Shown: piece after piece, positions 1 through 8,384 of the stretch
Layout of the letters: every line of letters begins with the position of its first letter
Numbering within the stretch: the first letter of the stretch is position 1
DNA from: Candidatus Heimdallarchaeota archaeon
Lineage (GTDB): Archaea; Asgardarchaeota; Heimdallarchaeia; Heimdallarchaeales; Heimdallarchaeaceae
NCBI GenBank assembly: GCA_021399395.1
Contig: JAAFKJ010000059.1
Coordinates: 1 to 19,180, forward strand
DNA length: 19,180 nucleotides
Reading direction: 5' to 3'
The notes under the pieces: model-generated
Told to the model about the DNA's origin: nothing
What the model saw: the letters and a program-made list of their open reading frames with translations, nothing else
Databases searched by the model: none
Program-made: the position numbers and the translations under genes

Positions 1-118
1 AACACAACCAAAAGCGATCCGAAAGCTTTGTCTCTGAACAAGGTGAACGGGGTAGGAGGGGATGTGACGTCCCCATGATGTGCTTAATGCATTTCTAAAG
101 AATTTGTACAAAATTCAT
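1..118 (+). mobile_element. Probable 3' end / right end of an IS200/IS605-family (tnpB) element, possibly degenerate
   Basis: Frame +1 reads NTTKSDPKALSLNKVNGVGGDVTSP* (stop 76-78). This resembles the TnpB C-terminal tail pattern N(I/L)xxK..P.AF...DG(V/I)xG....P, recalled from memory. A GC hairpin lies at 58-74, an inverted repeat GAATTT-GTACA-AAATTC at 100-116, and TTCAT at 114-118. The segment is more GC-rich than the rest of the window and is cut by the window edge. Confidence 0.45.
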
Positions 119-119
119 G

Positions 120-1298
120 TCATACTCTCTTTCTTTTTCTTTTTAAAACTATAACAGAAGAACTGACAAAAAGTATCAGTGTCGAATAGGCAAAGAAACT
201 TGAATCATCAGTAGGAGTAGGGGTTATTAATATCGATGGATCCAAAACAGCTCTAACAGCTTTTGAAGCATTGAGAAGTCCATGTCCGAAATAGATGTCT
301 TTACCTGGATCTCCAAGATCAGTTGCTGACTCGTATAGGATATGTTTAATCTCATCAACAGTGAGCGAGTGGTTAAGTGATCTCATTAATGCAATTACAG
401 CTGCTACTTGAGGTGCAGCAAAAGAGGTTCCCCATCCAGTCCAGTATTGATCTGGAGGAGCACAACTCCTTATGTTTACAGAGTTTTCATCTCCAACAGG
501 TGCAACTATGTCTGTCCATGATCCATAATTACTGTAATCTGCTTTTAGTTTGTTAATATTTGTAGCTCCAACAGAAATTACTTCATCATATGCTCCTGGA
601 TATGATGGATATTCTTGCCCTCCTAAAGGTAGATCTGTGTTTCCGGTTACAGAGACTACAGGAACATTTTGACTAATAGCGTAGAGTATATCATCGTAAT
701 AGTCAGTAGAATCAGCGTAATAGTGGAGACTCAAATTGATCACATCTGCCCCATTATCTACAGCATATCGGATAGCATCACCAAATTCCTCATAAGTTAC
801 ACCATTGTAATTATTTGATAGAAGAATTCGGAGATCCATAACGGTAACATTGGGTGCAACACCAACTATTCCCAAATCGTCTTTTGGTGCAGCAATAATT
901 CCAGCAATGAAAGTTGCGTGCCAATGAATTGGATCATCAATTTCTGGTCCAGGTATGCTATCGTTTGAGACAAAATCCCAACCGTATATATCATCTACAT
1001 AGCCATTACCGTCATCATCAATTGAGTTGTTGAAAACTTCCCCTGTATTTATCCAGGCTGATCCATTAATATCAGGATGGCCAAAATCAATACCAGAATC
1101 GATTATAGCAACTGTGATTTCTTTGGAACCCTGGGTTATTTCCCAAGCTCCTGTTGATTGAATATGTGAGTGGTGGAAAGAATTCTCATAGTTAATTGCC
1201 GTAACTGTTGGAATTTGATTTGTGCTAAAAATTCCTAAGCAGAGCAAGATGCTCAAAACTGTAAATGTTGAAGATAGATACAACTTTTTACTTCTCAT
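120..1298 (-). CDS. S8 (subtilisin-like) serine peptidase with N-terminal signal peptide and C-terminal membrane anchor
   Basis: Catalytic motifs IIDSG (Asp), HWHATFIAG (His) and GTSFAAP (Ser); oxyanion Asn in VTGN; DDDGNGYVDDIYGWDF Ca-binding insert; C-terminal TPTPT linker, hydrophobic helix and KRKRKR tail. Confidence 0.95.
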   Translation of the reverse strand: MRSKKLYLSSTFTVLSILLCLGIFSTNQIPTVTAINYENSFHHSHIQSTGAWEITQGSKEITVAIIDSGIDFGHPDINGSAWINTGEVFNNSIDDDGNGYVDDIYGWDFVSNDSIPGPEIDDPIHWHATFIAGIIAAPKDDLGIVGVAPNVTVMDLRILLSNNYNGVTYEEFGDAIRYAVDNGADVINLSLHYYADSTDYYDDILYAISQNVPVVSVTGNTDLPLGGQEYPSYPGAYDEVISVGATNINKLKADYSNYGSWTDIVAPVGDENSVNIRSCAPPDQYWTGWGTSFAAPQVAAVIALMRSLNHSLTVDEIKHILYESATDLGDPGKDIYFGHGLLNASKAVRAVLDPSILITPTPTDDSSFFAYSTLILFVSSSVIVLKRKRKRV

Positions 1299-1428
1299 GC
1301 TTGTACATTGTTTTACTTATAAAAAAATGTTGTGAATTTTAAAAAAATCTACTTTATCAAATGGAATGAAAAAATAATACAATATAATCTTGATTCTGTG
1401 AATAATTTTTGTTCAAACTGAATTATTA

Positions 1429-1436
1429 TTATATAC
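1429..1436 (+). promoter_or_regulatory. Candidate TATA box for the larE-larC-larB-SDR transcript
   Basis: TTATATAC lies 22-29 nt upstream of the larE ATG at 1458, which fits a leaderless archaeal transcript. The AT-rich background lowers certainty. Confidence 0.5.
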
Positions 1437-1457
1437 CCATGAAAAAGGCAATCTGAA

Positions 1458-2273
1458 ATGATTAATAATCATATTGAGAATCTTAGTAATTACTTTAAGA
1501 ACAAAAAAGTAGTAATCGCATATTCAGGAGGACTAGATAGCACAGTCTTACTGGAGTTTGCAATGCAGAATGCAAAAGAAGTTCATGCAATTACTGTCAA
1601 ATCTAGTCTTGTTCCACAAGATGAACAGGATTTTGCAGTAGAATATCTCGAAGCAAGGAATATTCAATTCAAAGTACTTCAACTTGATCCTCTACAGCAT
1701 CCTAAAGTTGTTAATAATGATGAAAGAAGGTGCTACTATTGTAAGAAACTGATTTTTGAAAGCATTATTGAAGAATCTAAGAACTTTAAACCAGATATTA
1801 TCATTGAAGGATCGAATACAACTGACTTATCTGATTACAGACCTGGTTTAGATGCTATCAAGGAGTTAAAAGTGAACAGCCCGTTTCTTGAATTTCAAAT
1901 TTCTAAAAGCGAGATCAGAGGATTAGCTCAAATCTTAAGTTTGGATATTGCTGAAAAACCAGCAACAACCTGCTTAGCAACAAGAATACCATATGGTCAT
2001 ATGATAACAGAAGGAAAACTAGAAAAAATCGAAGCAGCTGAAAAAATAATTAAGGATGCTATTCCAGTTTCTGTTTTACGAGTAAGGGACCATGGAGAAA
2101 TAGCTAGAATTGAGGTATCAGCTGAAGATTTTGAGAAATTTTTCGATATTCAGATTCGAAACTCCATCAAAGAAAACTTAAAAGAATTAGGATTTTCATA
2201 CATAACCCTTGACATCAGTGGTTACAAACAAGGGTCAATGAATATTAACATAGAAGGTGTTGAAAATAACTAA
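1458..2273 (+). CDS. larE: ATP-dependent sulfur transferase LarE (NPN cofactor synthesis)
   Basis: PP-loop IAYSGGLDST, RCYYCK, DLSDYRPG, CLATRIPYG and RVRDHGEIARIEV motifs; adjacent to larC and larB. Confidence 0.93.
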   Translation: MINNHIENLSNYFKNKKVVIAYSGGLDSTVLLEFAMQNAKEVHAITVKSSLVPQDEQDFAVEYLEARNIQFKVLQLDPLQHPKVVNNDERRCYYCKKLIFESIIEESKNFKPDIIIEGSNTTDLSDYRPGLDAIKELKVNSPFLEFQISKSEIRGLAQILSLDIAEKPATTCLATRIPYGHMITEGKLEKIEAAEKIIKDAIPVSVLRVRDHGEIARIEVSAEDFEKFFDIQIRNSIKENLKELGFSYITLDISGYKQGSMNINIEGVENN

Positions 2274-3501
2274 AGCGATTATTATAGATCCGAGAAATGC
2301 AGGTAGTTCAGGGGATATGTTTCTTTCAGTCTTTCTAGATTTGTTTGAAGATAAGAACTCATTGAATGAACTTGTAGAACTCATAAATAAGAAGTTCAAA
2401 GCAAATATGTCTGTTGATCCGCAGAAAATCAATAAGAAAAGTATTCATTCTACTCATCTTTCTATTTCTATAGAAAATGACATTGAAAAGAAACATGCAA
2501 AGGATCTAATGATTTATTGTAAGATGGTTTTAGAGGAACTAGAAATCTCTGATAAAGCTAAGAAATTAGCAGAAAAAATGCTTATGACTCTCTTTGAAGC
2601 TGAGTCTAAGGTTCATGGTGAGGACATTGAGGAACTTCACCTACATGAAACTGCTAGTTTAGACACAATATTGGATATCATAGGTACCGTTTTGCTATTA
2701 GAAAGGAATAACGCTCTTGAGCGAATATTCATAGGATTACCTGTTAATGTTGGAAGCGGATTTGTAACTTTTTCACACGGGAAAATGGCAGTACCTCCTC
2801 CAGCTGTTTTGGAGATTTTGAAAGCTAAAGAATATCCATTTTTCAGTGATGAAGTTGATGGAGAGTTACTAACTCCTACAGGAGCAGCGATATTAACTAA
2901 CCTAGTGACAAAGAAACTCCAATCATTGCCACCTGTTAAAATCGATAAAATAGGTTATGGTGCTGGGAACAAAGATTTAGAGAATAGATCTAATGTAATT
3001 AGAGTAATGAGCGCAGAATTTGAAGATGACAGTACTAAAAATTATCTTATGATGCTTGAAACTCATTTAGATGATGTAACTGGTGAATTACTAGGAGGGG
3101 TGATGAAGAAACTCTATGCTAATCATGCTCTCGATGTCTCATACTATTCTTTGTTTATGAAGAAAAATCGTCCAGCTTATGCACTTAGAGTTATTTGTGA
3201 TGAAGACAATTCATCTGAACTCGCTAAAATAATCATGCAAGAATTGGGAACTTTAGGAGTGAGAGAGAGTAGATTTGCTAGATACGAATTGGAGAGGAGA
3301 GTAATTACAAGAGAATTTTTCATTGAGAAAAAGAAATTCAAATGTAGATTCAAAGAAAGAATTCTTGATGGGAAAGTGATAGGTGCAAAACCTGAATTCG
3401 ATGATATGATTACTATCCATGAAGAAACAAATATTCCTTTAGTTGATTTAGAAAACAAACTTATCAACTTCTATAATATGGGAGATGAGTTTTGTGAGTA
3501 G
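2257..3501 (+). CDS. larC: Nickel insertase LarC (single ORF, both domains fused)
   Basis: AGSSGDM, AESKVHG, HLHE..SLDTILDI, HG..AVPPPA, GELLTPTGAA, GYGAG, ETHLDD, MKKNRP and TLGVR motifs. Exact start uncertain (GTG 2257, TTG 2260 or ATA 2266). Confidence 0.93.
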   Translation: MLKITKAIIIDPRNAGSSGDMFLSVFLDLFEDKNSLNELVELINKKFKANMSVDPQKINKKSIHSTHLSISIENDIEKKHAKDLMIYCKMVLEELEISDKAKKLAEKMLMTLFEAESKVHGEDIEELHLHETASLDTILDIIGTVLLLERNNALERIFIGLPVNVGSGFVTFSHGKMAVPPPAVLEILKAKEYPFFSDEVDGELLTPTGAAILTNLVTKKLQSLPPVKIDKIGYGAGNKDLENRSNVIRVMSAEFEDDSTKNYLMMLETHLDDVTGELLGGVMKKLYANHALDVSYYSLFMKKNRPAYALRVICDEDNSSELAKIIMQELGTLGVRESRFARYELERRVITREFFIEKKKFKCRFKERILDGKVIGAKPEFDDMITIHEETNIPLVDLENKLINFYNMGDEFCE

Positions 3502-4270
3502 AAGAGAAATTCTAGAAAGATTAGTTAATCAAGAAATTTCTTTGGAAGAAGCTGATAAAGCTCTTTCTTCAGTTCAAATCGAAGAAGTTAGTGAAATCGC
3601 AAATTATGACGTTTTTAGAGAGAGAAGAACTGGGATCCCTGAAGTAATTTTAGCTGAAACAAAGAGTCCTGAGATGGTTATTGAAATTGTAGAGAAAGTA
3701 CTCTCTAAGAAACCTATTGTGCTAGTATCTAGAACAAAAAATGAACATATTGAATTGATTAAGAATCTTGAGCAAGAATATGAAATTGAATATGGAACTA
3801 ACAATCATTTCTGTAGACTCAGACATAAAAATCACATTCTAAAAAAACATGAGGGGAGAATAGGTATTATTACAGCTGGCACTTCAGATCTACATATAGC
3901 AGAAGAAGCAAAAGCTATAGCTGAAATGATGGGATGTGAGGTTTATCTAATCAATGATGTAGGTGTTGCTGGAATTCATAGGCTCTTTCAACCCCTAAAG
4001 GAACTAATTGAGAAGGATGTTGACGTTTTAATTGTTGCAGCAGGTATGGAAGGAGCTCTACCAACCGTTATTGCCGGATTAGTTGATATCCCCATCATAG
4101 GATTACCTATCTCAACAGGATATGGATTTGGTGGAAAAGGCCAAACAGCTCTGATGAGTATGCTGCAAACATGCTCCCTAGGTGTAGCAGTTGTGAATAT
4201 AGATGCTGGTGTAAGTGCTGGTGCAGTAGCTGCTAAAATCGCATCTAGGAAATGTAAACATGAAGATTAA
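3485..4270 (+). CDS. larB: NaAD carboxylase/hydrolase LarB (PurE-like fold)
   Basis: RRTGIPEVI, AGTSD..IAEEA, DVGVAGIHRL, AGMEGALP, GYG and C..GVAVVNID motifs; overlaps the larC end by 17 nt. Confidence 0.94.
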   Translation: MSFVSRREILERLVNQEISLEEADKALSSVQIEEVSEIANYDVFRERRTGIPEVILAETKSPEMVIEIVEKVLSKKPIVLVSRTKNEHIELIKNLEQEYEIEYGTNNHFCRLRHKNHILKKHEGRIGIITAGTSDLHIAEEAKAIAEMMGCEVYLINDVGVAGIHRLFQPLKELIEKDVDVLIVAAGMEGALPTVIAGLVDIPIIGLPISTGYGFGGKGQTALMSMLQTCSLGVAVVNIDAGVSAGAVAAKIASRKCKHED

Positions 4271-4294
4271 AAGATAAAGGAGTAAGGATGAATA

Positions 4295-5086
4295 ATGATA
4301 GTTGTTATTACAGGTAGTACTCAAGGTATTGGATTTGCTTTAGCAAAAGAGTTTCTAAGATATGGTGATGATATCGTAATCTCTTCTCGTAAAATCGACC
4401 GAGTAAATGATGTTGTTAAAGTACTAGAATCAGAATTTCCTGAATCCAAAATTCTAGGATTCAAATGTGATGTGACCCAACCAACAGATCTTGAAAATCT
4501 AGCAAAATCCACTGTTGATGCTTTAGGTGTTATTGATATATGGGTCAATAATGCTGGAACTAGTGGATTTGAATATCAACCACTACAAGACTGGGATGAT
4601 GGAACACTTAAGCAAATAATAGAAACTAACATGCTTGGAACATTATATGGTTCCAAAGAAGCTATCAAGGTTATGACTGAACAAAAGCATGGCAAAATCT
4701 TCAACCTAGCTGGTATGGGGTCTAACGGAATGGCATCACCTAATTTGGCAGCTTATGGAGCATCTAAGGGGTCAATTCCACAGTTAACAAAATCCCTTGC
4801 AGGGGAACTTAAAGGAACAGGAGTCTTGGTTAACCATGTTAGCCCAGGTATTGTACTAACAGATATGATTACAACTAATGTACCTCCACAAGCAGTTTCA
4901 ATCTTCAATATACTAGCAAGTAGACCTGAGAATGTTGCTAAGTTTCTAGTGAAAAAGATGAGAGCAGTAGAAAAAAGCAAAGCCAAAATTAATTACTTAA
5001 ATTCATTCAAAGCTTTCTGGAGATTTATGACCGCTGGTTTTAGAAAAGGAAAATATTTTGACGAGGAAGGAAATTTCAAAGGTTAA
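4295..5086 (+). CDS. Classical short-chain dehydrogenase/reductase, NOL/NYC1 (chlorophyll b reductase)-like subfamily
   Basis: TGSTQGIG, CDV, IDIWVNNAG, YGASK and SPGIVLTD motifs. FNLAGMGSNG and NILA..PE.VA recall plant NOL/NYC1. Confidence is for the SDR call; the subfamily is less certain. Confidence 0.9.
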   Translation: MIVVITGSTQGIGFALAKEFLRYGDDIVISSRKIDRVNDVVKVLESEFPESKILGFKCDVTQPTDLENLAKSTVDALGVIDIWVNNAGTSGFEYQPLQDWDDGTLKQIIETNMLGTLYGSKEAIKVMTEQKHGKIFNLAGMGSNGMASPNLAAYGASKGSIPQLTKSLAGELKGTGVLVNHVSPGIVLTDMITTNVPPQAVSIFNILASRPENVAKFLVKKMRAVEKSKAKINYLNSFKAFWRFMTAGFRKGKYFDEEGNFKG

Positions 5087-6726
5087 TCAAGATTTTCTTC
5101 TTCTGTCTGTGATACTAATTCTTGTTTTTTGAATAATCCCTTTATTCTGCGATAGAAGCTTATAGTGCTAGTTTTGATATATTTGAAAAATTCCTTGAAG
5201 TCCTCTTTGAGATTTTTATAATTCTCTTTTTTGAAAACAGCCTTGTAATATGAAACAGGAATTAATGGAGAAATCAGTATTACTACACCCAACAGGAATG
5301 CAGGATGCAGATATCGAATTGTAATCATAAGTGACCAGTTATATGCATATATTGCAGCAATTAAAACAAGCAATAATAGAATAGTAAGCGTAAGCCATAA
5401 AAATTGTTGGAACATAGTTTTGGAAGAAGTATTTACTTCTTCATTTGTACCTTTTTTTCTTCTTAGTAAACATGCTTGGAATTTATTAATAGAGTTGGTA
5501 ATGAGAATTACACTTGTAATTACGAGAAATGGGTTGAGAAAAGCATTATAGTATTTGTAGATCCCCCTTGAAATGAAAACGTGGACAATGAAAAAAATCC
5601 AAGTAATGTAATAGATAAAGGTGCTATCATCAGAGCTTAATTTCTTAGCGTTAAAGTGTCCTAGGAATAATCCGAAACCATAGAACAGAATGAAAGGGAG
5701 CATAGGTATGCTCACCCACATATAGAAATTAGCTAATCCTTCAGCTCCCCAATAAAGAATCGTATTCGCAAAAGTTACACCATGTTTTAAACTTGCAGCA
5801 GTATTATCTACATACCAGAGAGGCCTACCAGCTGCAAAGATTCTTCCTATGTAAAGATGTGGAGTAAGGAAAATCCAAGGTATCGAAAAGATCAGAAAAG
5901 ATACTAGAAATGGTCTCAAAAATTCCTTAAATGCTTTCTTGATATCATACTTTTTCCAGATATAAGAGAACAAAGGAATAAGCATAAACAAGGGCATCTG
6001 TTTTGTCAACCATGCTATGGTAAGAGAGTAAGCGGATAGTTTGTATTTCTTTTTCATGAATAAAAACAATGTTAGTAAGGTGAAGAATGTCATCTGAGGG
6101 ATGTTGAAATAATAAGCATCGACATATAGAAGATTAATAGGCATGAAAACATACGCTATTGCACCGATTAAACCAAGGATGTGTCTTTTCACTTTGGTAT
6201 CTTTTAGTGAAGAGAAATTGATGATGATGAGATAAATCATAACAGCTGAAAGTCCCTCAAAATTAACAGCAGTCCATTTAACAGCACTATTGACTAAAAA
6301 CGCTCTAGATGCTCCTGGATAAGATAGATTTAGAAGCAGAAAAGTAAAATATAATCCATAGATAAACATAGGTCCATAGAGATAATAATCCAATGGAGTA
6401 CCTTCGTATCTTCCATAAGGGTTCCACCAATCAATAAATGCATCTAAAAATTCAGTATAATAATAAGATGCGTCTCTGTAAACTTCAAAATACCAGGTAA
6501 CGGATTCATCCGATGGATTAGTCCATGTATAATCAAAGTATAACAAATCATCAAATGGACCAATATAACTTTGAATCCAACTAGCAATTTCTGTTGTGAA
6601 ATAGAGAGCAAAAATGAATAAAAGTGCTGAGAGAACAATTATAATTAGAATATTTGGGGTAAAAATACTTCTAATTTTACGAAACTTTTTTGGGAAAAGT
6701 TTCCTTTGTTTTCTCAAATTACTCAT
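5083..6726 (-). CDS. Polytopic membrane protein, probable GT-C fold glycosyltransferase (GT87 / GPI-mannosyltransferase-like)
   Basis: About 10-12 hydrophobic segments. A long first loop carries RDASYYY, WNPY and YLYGP, and a later LTKQMP motif is typical of GT87-like enzymes. ATG at 6726 preferred over TTG at 6735. Confidence 0.65.
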   Translation of the reverse strand: MSNLRKQRKLFPKKFRKIRSIFTPNILIIIVLSALLFIFALYFTTEIASWIQSYIGPFDDLLYFDYTWTNPSDESVTWYFEVYRDASYYYTEFLDAFIDWWNPYGRYEGTPLDYYLYGPMFIYGLYFTFLLLNLSYPGASRAFLVNSAVKWTAVNFEGLSAVMIYLIIINFSSLKDTKVKRHILGLIGAIAYVFMPINLLYVDAYYFNIPQMTFFTLLTLFLFMKKKYKLSAYSLTIAWLTKQMPLFMLIPLFSYIWKKYDIKKAFKEFLRPFLVSFLIFSIPWIFLTPHLYIGRIFAAGRPLWYVDNTAASLKHGVTFANTILYWGAEGLANFYMWVSIPMLPFILFYGFGLFLGHFNAKKLSSDDSTFIYYITWIFFIVHVFISRGIYKYYNAFLNPFLVITSVILITNSINKFQACLLRRKKGTNEEVNTSSKTMFQQFLWLTLTILLLLVLIAAIYAYNWSLMITIRYLHPAFLLGVVILISPLIPVSYYKAVFKKENYKNLKEDFKEFFKYIKTSTISFYRRIKGLFKKQELVSQTEEENLD

Positions 6727-6790
6727 TGAATTCAATATAAGAGAAATAATATCAGTTTTAAAGATTATTGAAGAATTTTAAGTCAAGGAA

Positions 6791-7315
6791 TTAGTTTCTA
6801 CCGAAAGATTTTTCCCCAGCTTTTATCTCTACTTTCAAGATATTTTCAAAAGGTGTCAACGGGCAAGTCCATTGATCATTGTAAGCACAATAGGGGTTAT
6901 AAGCAGAATTGAAGTCAAGAACATATTGATCCTTTCCATTCTTCTCAAGTTCAATATATCTACCTGCTCCATAGGATTCTGTACCGCTTGTTTTATCTTT
7001 AAATGGAACAAATAAATAGTCAGAATTTGGTTGTAAATAAACAGTTAAACTTGAAATCACACCATCAATCTCAAATGCAATATAACCATGGCGGATGTAG
7101 GTTTGAAGCACCCCAGTTGATGTTCTTATGTCTACTTCTTGTTTTTGTGAATACTCCTTCAACTCAACTGTAAATTTCAAATCTTCTTTAACTCCAAAAT
7201 AGTCCAGACTTGAGAACTTAGCTGATTGTTCTTCTGTCAAAGGTGAGTAATGCTGATTTTTGAAATAGTTATCCTTTTTCATTCGCTCTTGTTCAATAGA
7301 TTCGCTATAATTCAT
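6791..7315 (-). CDS. DUF1684 family protein
   Basis: SPL...F..LDYF, LFVPFKDKTSGTESYGAGRY, LDFNSAYNPYCAYN and CPLTP.EN....I.AGEK. ATG at 7315 preferred over TTG at 7324. Confidence 0.92.
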   Translation of the reverse strand: MNYSESIEQERMKKDNYFKNQHYSPLTEEQSAKFSSLDYFGVKEDLKFTVELKEYSQKQEVDIRTSTGVLQTYIRHGYIAFEIDGVISSLTVYLQPNSDYLFVPFKDKTSGTESYGAGRYIELEKNGKDQYVLDFNSAYNPYCAYNDQWTCPLTPFENILKVEIKAGEKSFGRN

Positions 7316-7419
7316 TGTATTCAAAAATAAACTCTAATTAATATGTTTAATTTATAGCTTTTAACTAAAATTGCAGTATACAAAATCTTATTAGTAAAAT
7401 TCGTAGATTTGGGCTTGGG

Positions 7420-8310
7420 ATGAATGGACAAGGTTCAAAACAGAATATTGACGATTTAGTAAAGGAAGGTAGCTACCAATGGATATTGGATGAATTTCCT
7501 TTTGGTGTTTCAGTTCAAACTATAGATCGAGAAATACTCTATGAGAATGAAGCTGTAAAAGATTTAGTTGGGTCATATATTACCAGGCATTGCTTCAACA
7601 GATGGCATTATCTACCGGGTAAAGGGGATGAACCTTGCAATGACTGTCCAGCAACTATTGGTTTCAAAGATGGTAAATCACATAAAGTTTTTAGAAAAAC
7701 ACTAGGTCCTAATGGAGAAGATATTTTCATAGAAATACAATTCCTTCCAGTTAAAAATGAGAATCAAGAGATCGATAAATTCATAGAAATAATAACCAAT
7801 GTTAGTCTATTAGATAAAGCAAAAGTTCTTTCTAGTACACCTATAGAAGAAATAAGCCAATCCCTTCAAGTTTCATTTGTAAAGTTTGGTGAGACTGGCG
7901 GAGAAGTTATCTCTACTGACAATCTTGATTTTGCTAAAAGTGAAAATCTAGAAGAAATAGTTGTCCAATTAACAGTCTATATTTTCAGCGGAGTTATGCA
8001 AGGATTCGAGGATCAAGAAGGACTTTTTGGACCTTTTCCAGTTTTAGATAAGACAGAATATTTAATGGAAACTTATCTCTTCAGAATAAAAGATGATGAA
8101 GCTAAAGATCCGAGATTAAAAGGGATGCAACCTTCTATGATCTTATTCTTTTTCCCAAGAGAATATTATTTCTTATTTGAGAAAAGAAATGATATTGAAG
8201 AATTTATCTCACAAAAGATTACGGAGTGGGGGAAATTACAGAATATAACACAAGAGTCTCATAAAACCTTTGCAGAAGATATAAGGAATTTTCTTGAAAA
8301 ACTCATCTAA
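7420..8310 (+). CDS. PAS-domain protein (Cys-containing PAS) with an uncharacterised C-terminal domain
   Basis: ILDEFPFGVSVQTIDREILYENEA PAS start; HCF...PCNDCP Cys cluster; PVKNENQEIDKFIEIITNV PAC-like end. The C-terminal half (GLFGPFPV, KDPRL) shows no kinase, GGDEF or HTH motifs. Confidence 0.75.
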   Translation: MNGQGSKQNIDDLVKEGSYQWILDEFPFGVSVQTIDREILYENEAVKDLVGSYITRHCFNRWHYLPGKGDEPCNDCPATIGFKDGKSHKVFRKTLGPNGEDIFIEIQFLPVKNENQEIDKFIEIITNVSLLDKAKVLSSTPIEEISQSLQVSFVKFGETGGEVISTDNLDFAKSENLEEIVVQLTVYIFSGVMQGFEDQEGLFGPFPVLDKTEYLMETYLFRIKDDEAKDPRLKGMQPSMILFFFPREYYFLFEKRNDIEEFISQKITEWGKLQNITQESHKTFAEDIRNFLEKLI

Positions 8311-8384
8311 TTTTTGTAAAAGAATAAAAATGGTGAAATATAGTTTGAAGCTAACAATTAAAAAGCAACCAGATATGTTAAAAC

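Noticed and set aside
2235-4986. Short minus-strand ORFs 2235-2432, 3177-3467, 3604-3804, 4321-4548 and 4753-4986
   Set aside because: They lie antisense to well-supported lar and SDR genes, with Ser/Phe/Ile-rich shadow composition and no motifs.
6444-6638. 64-aa ORF nested in another frame of the glycosyltransferase gene
   Set aside because: It is a same-strand alternative frame inside an intact gene, with no motif or SD.
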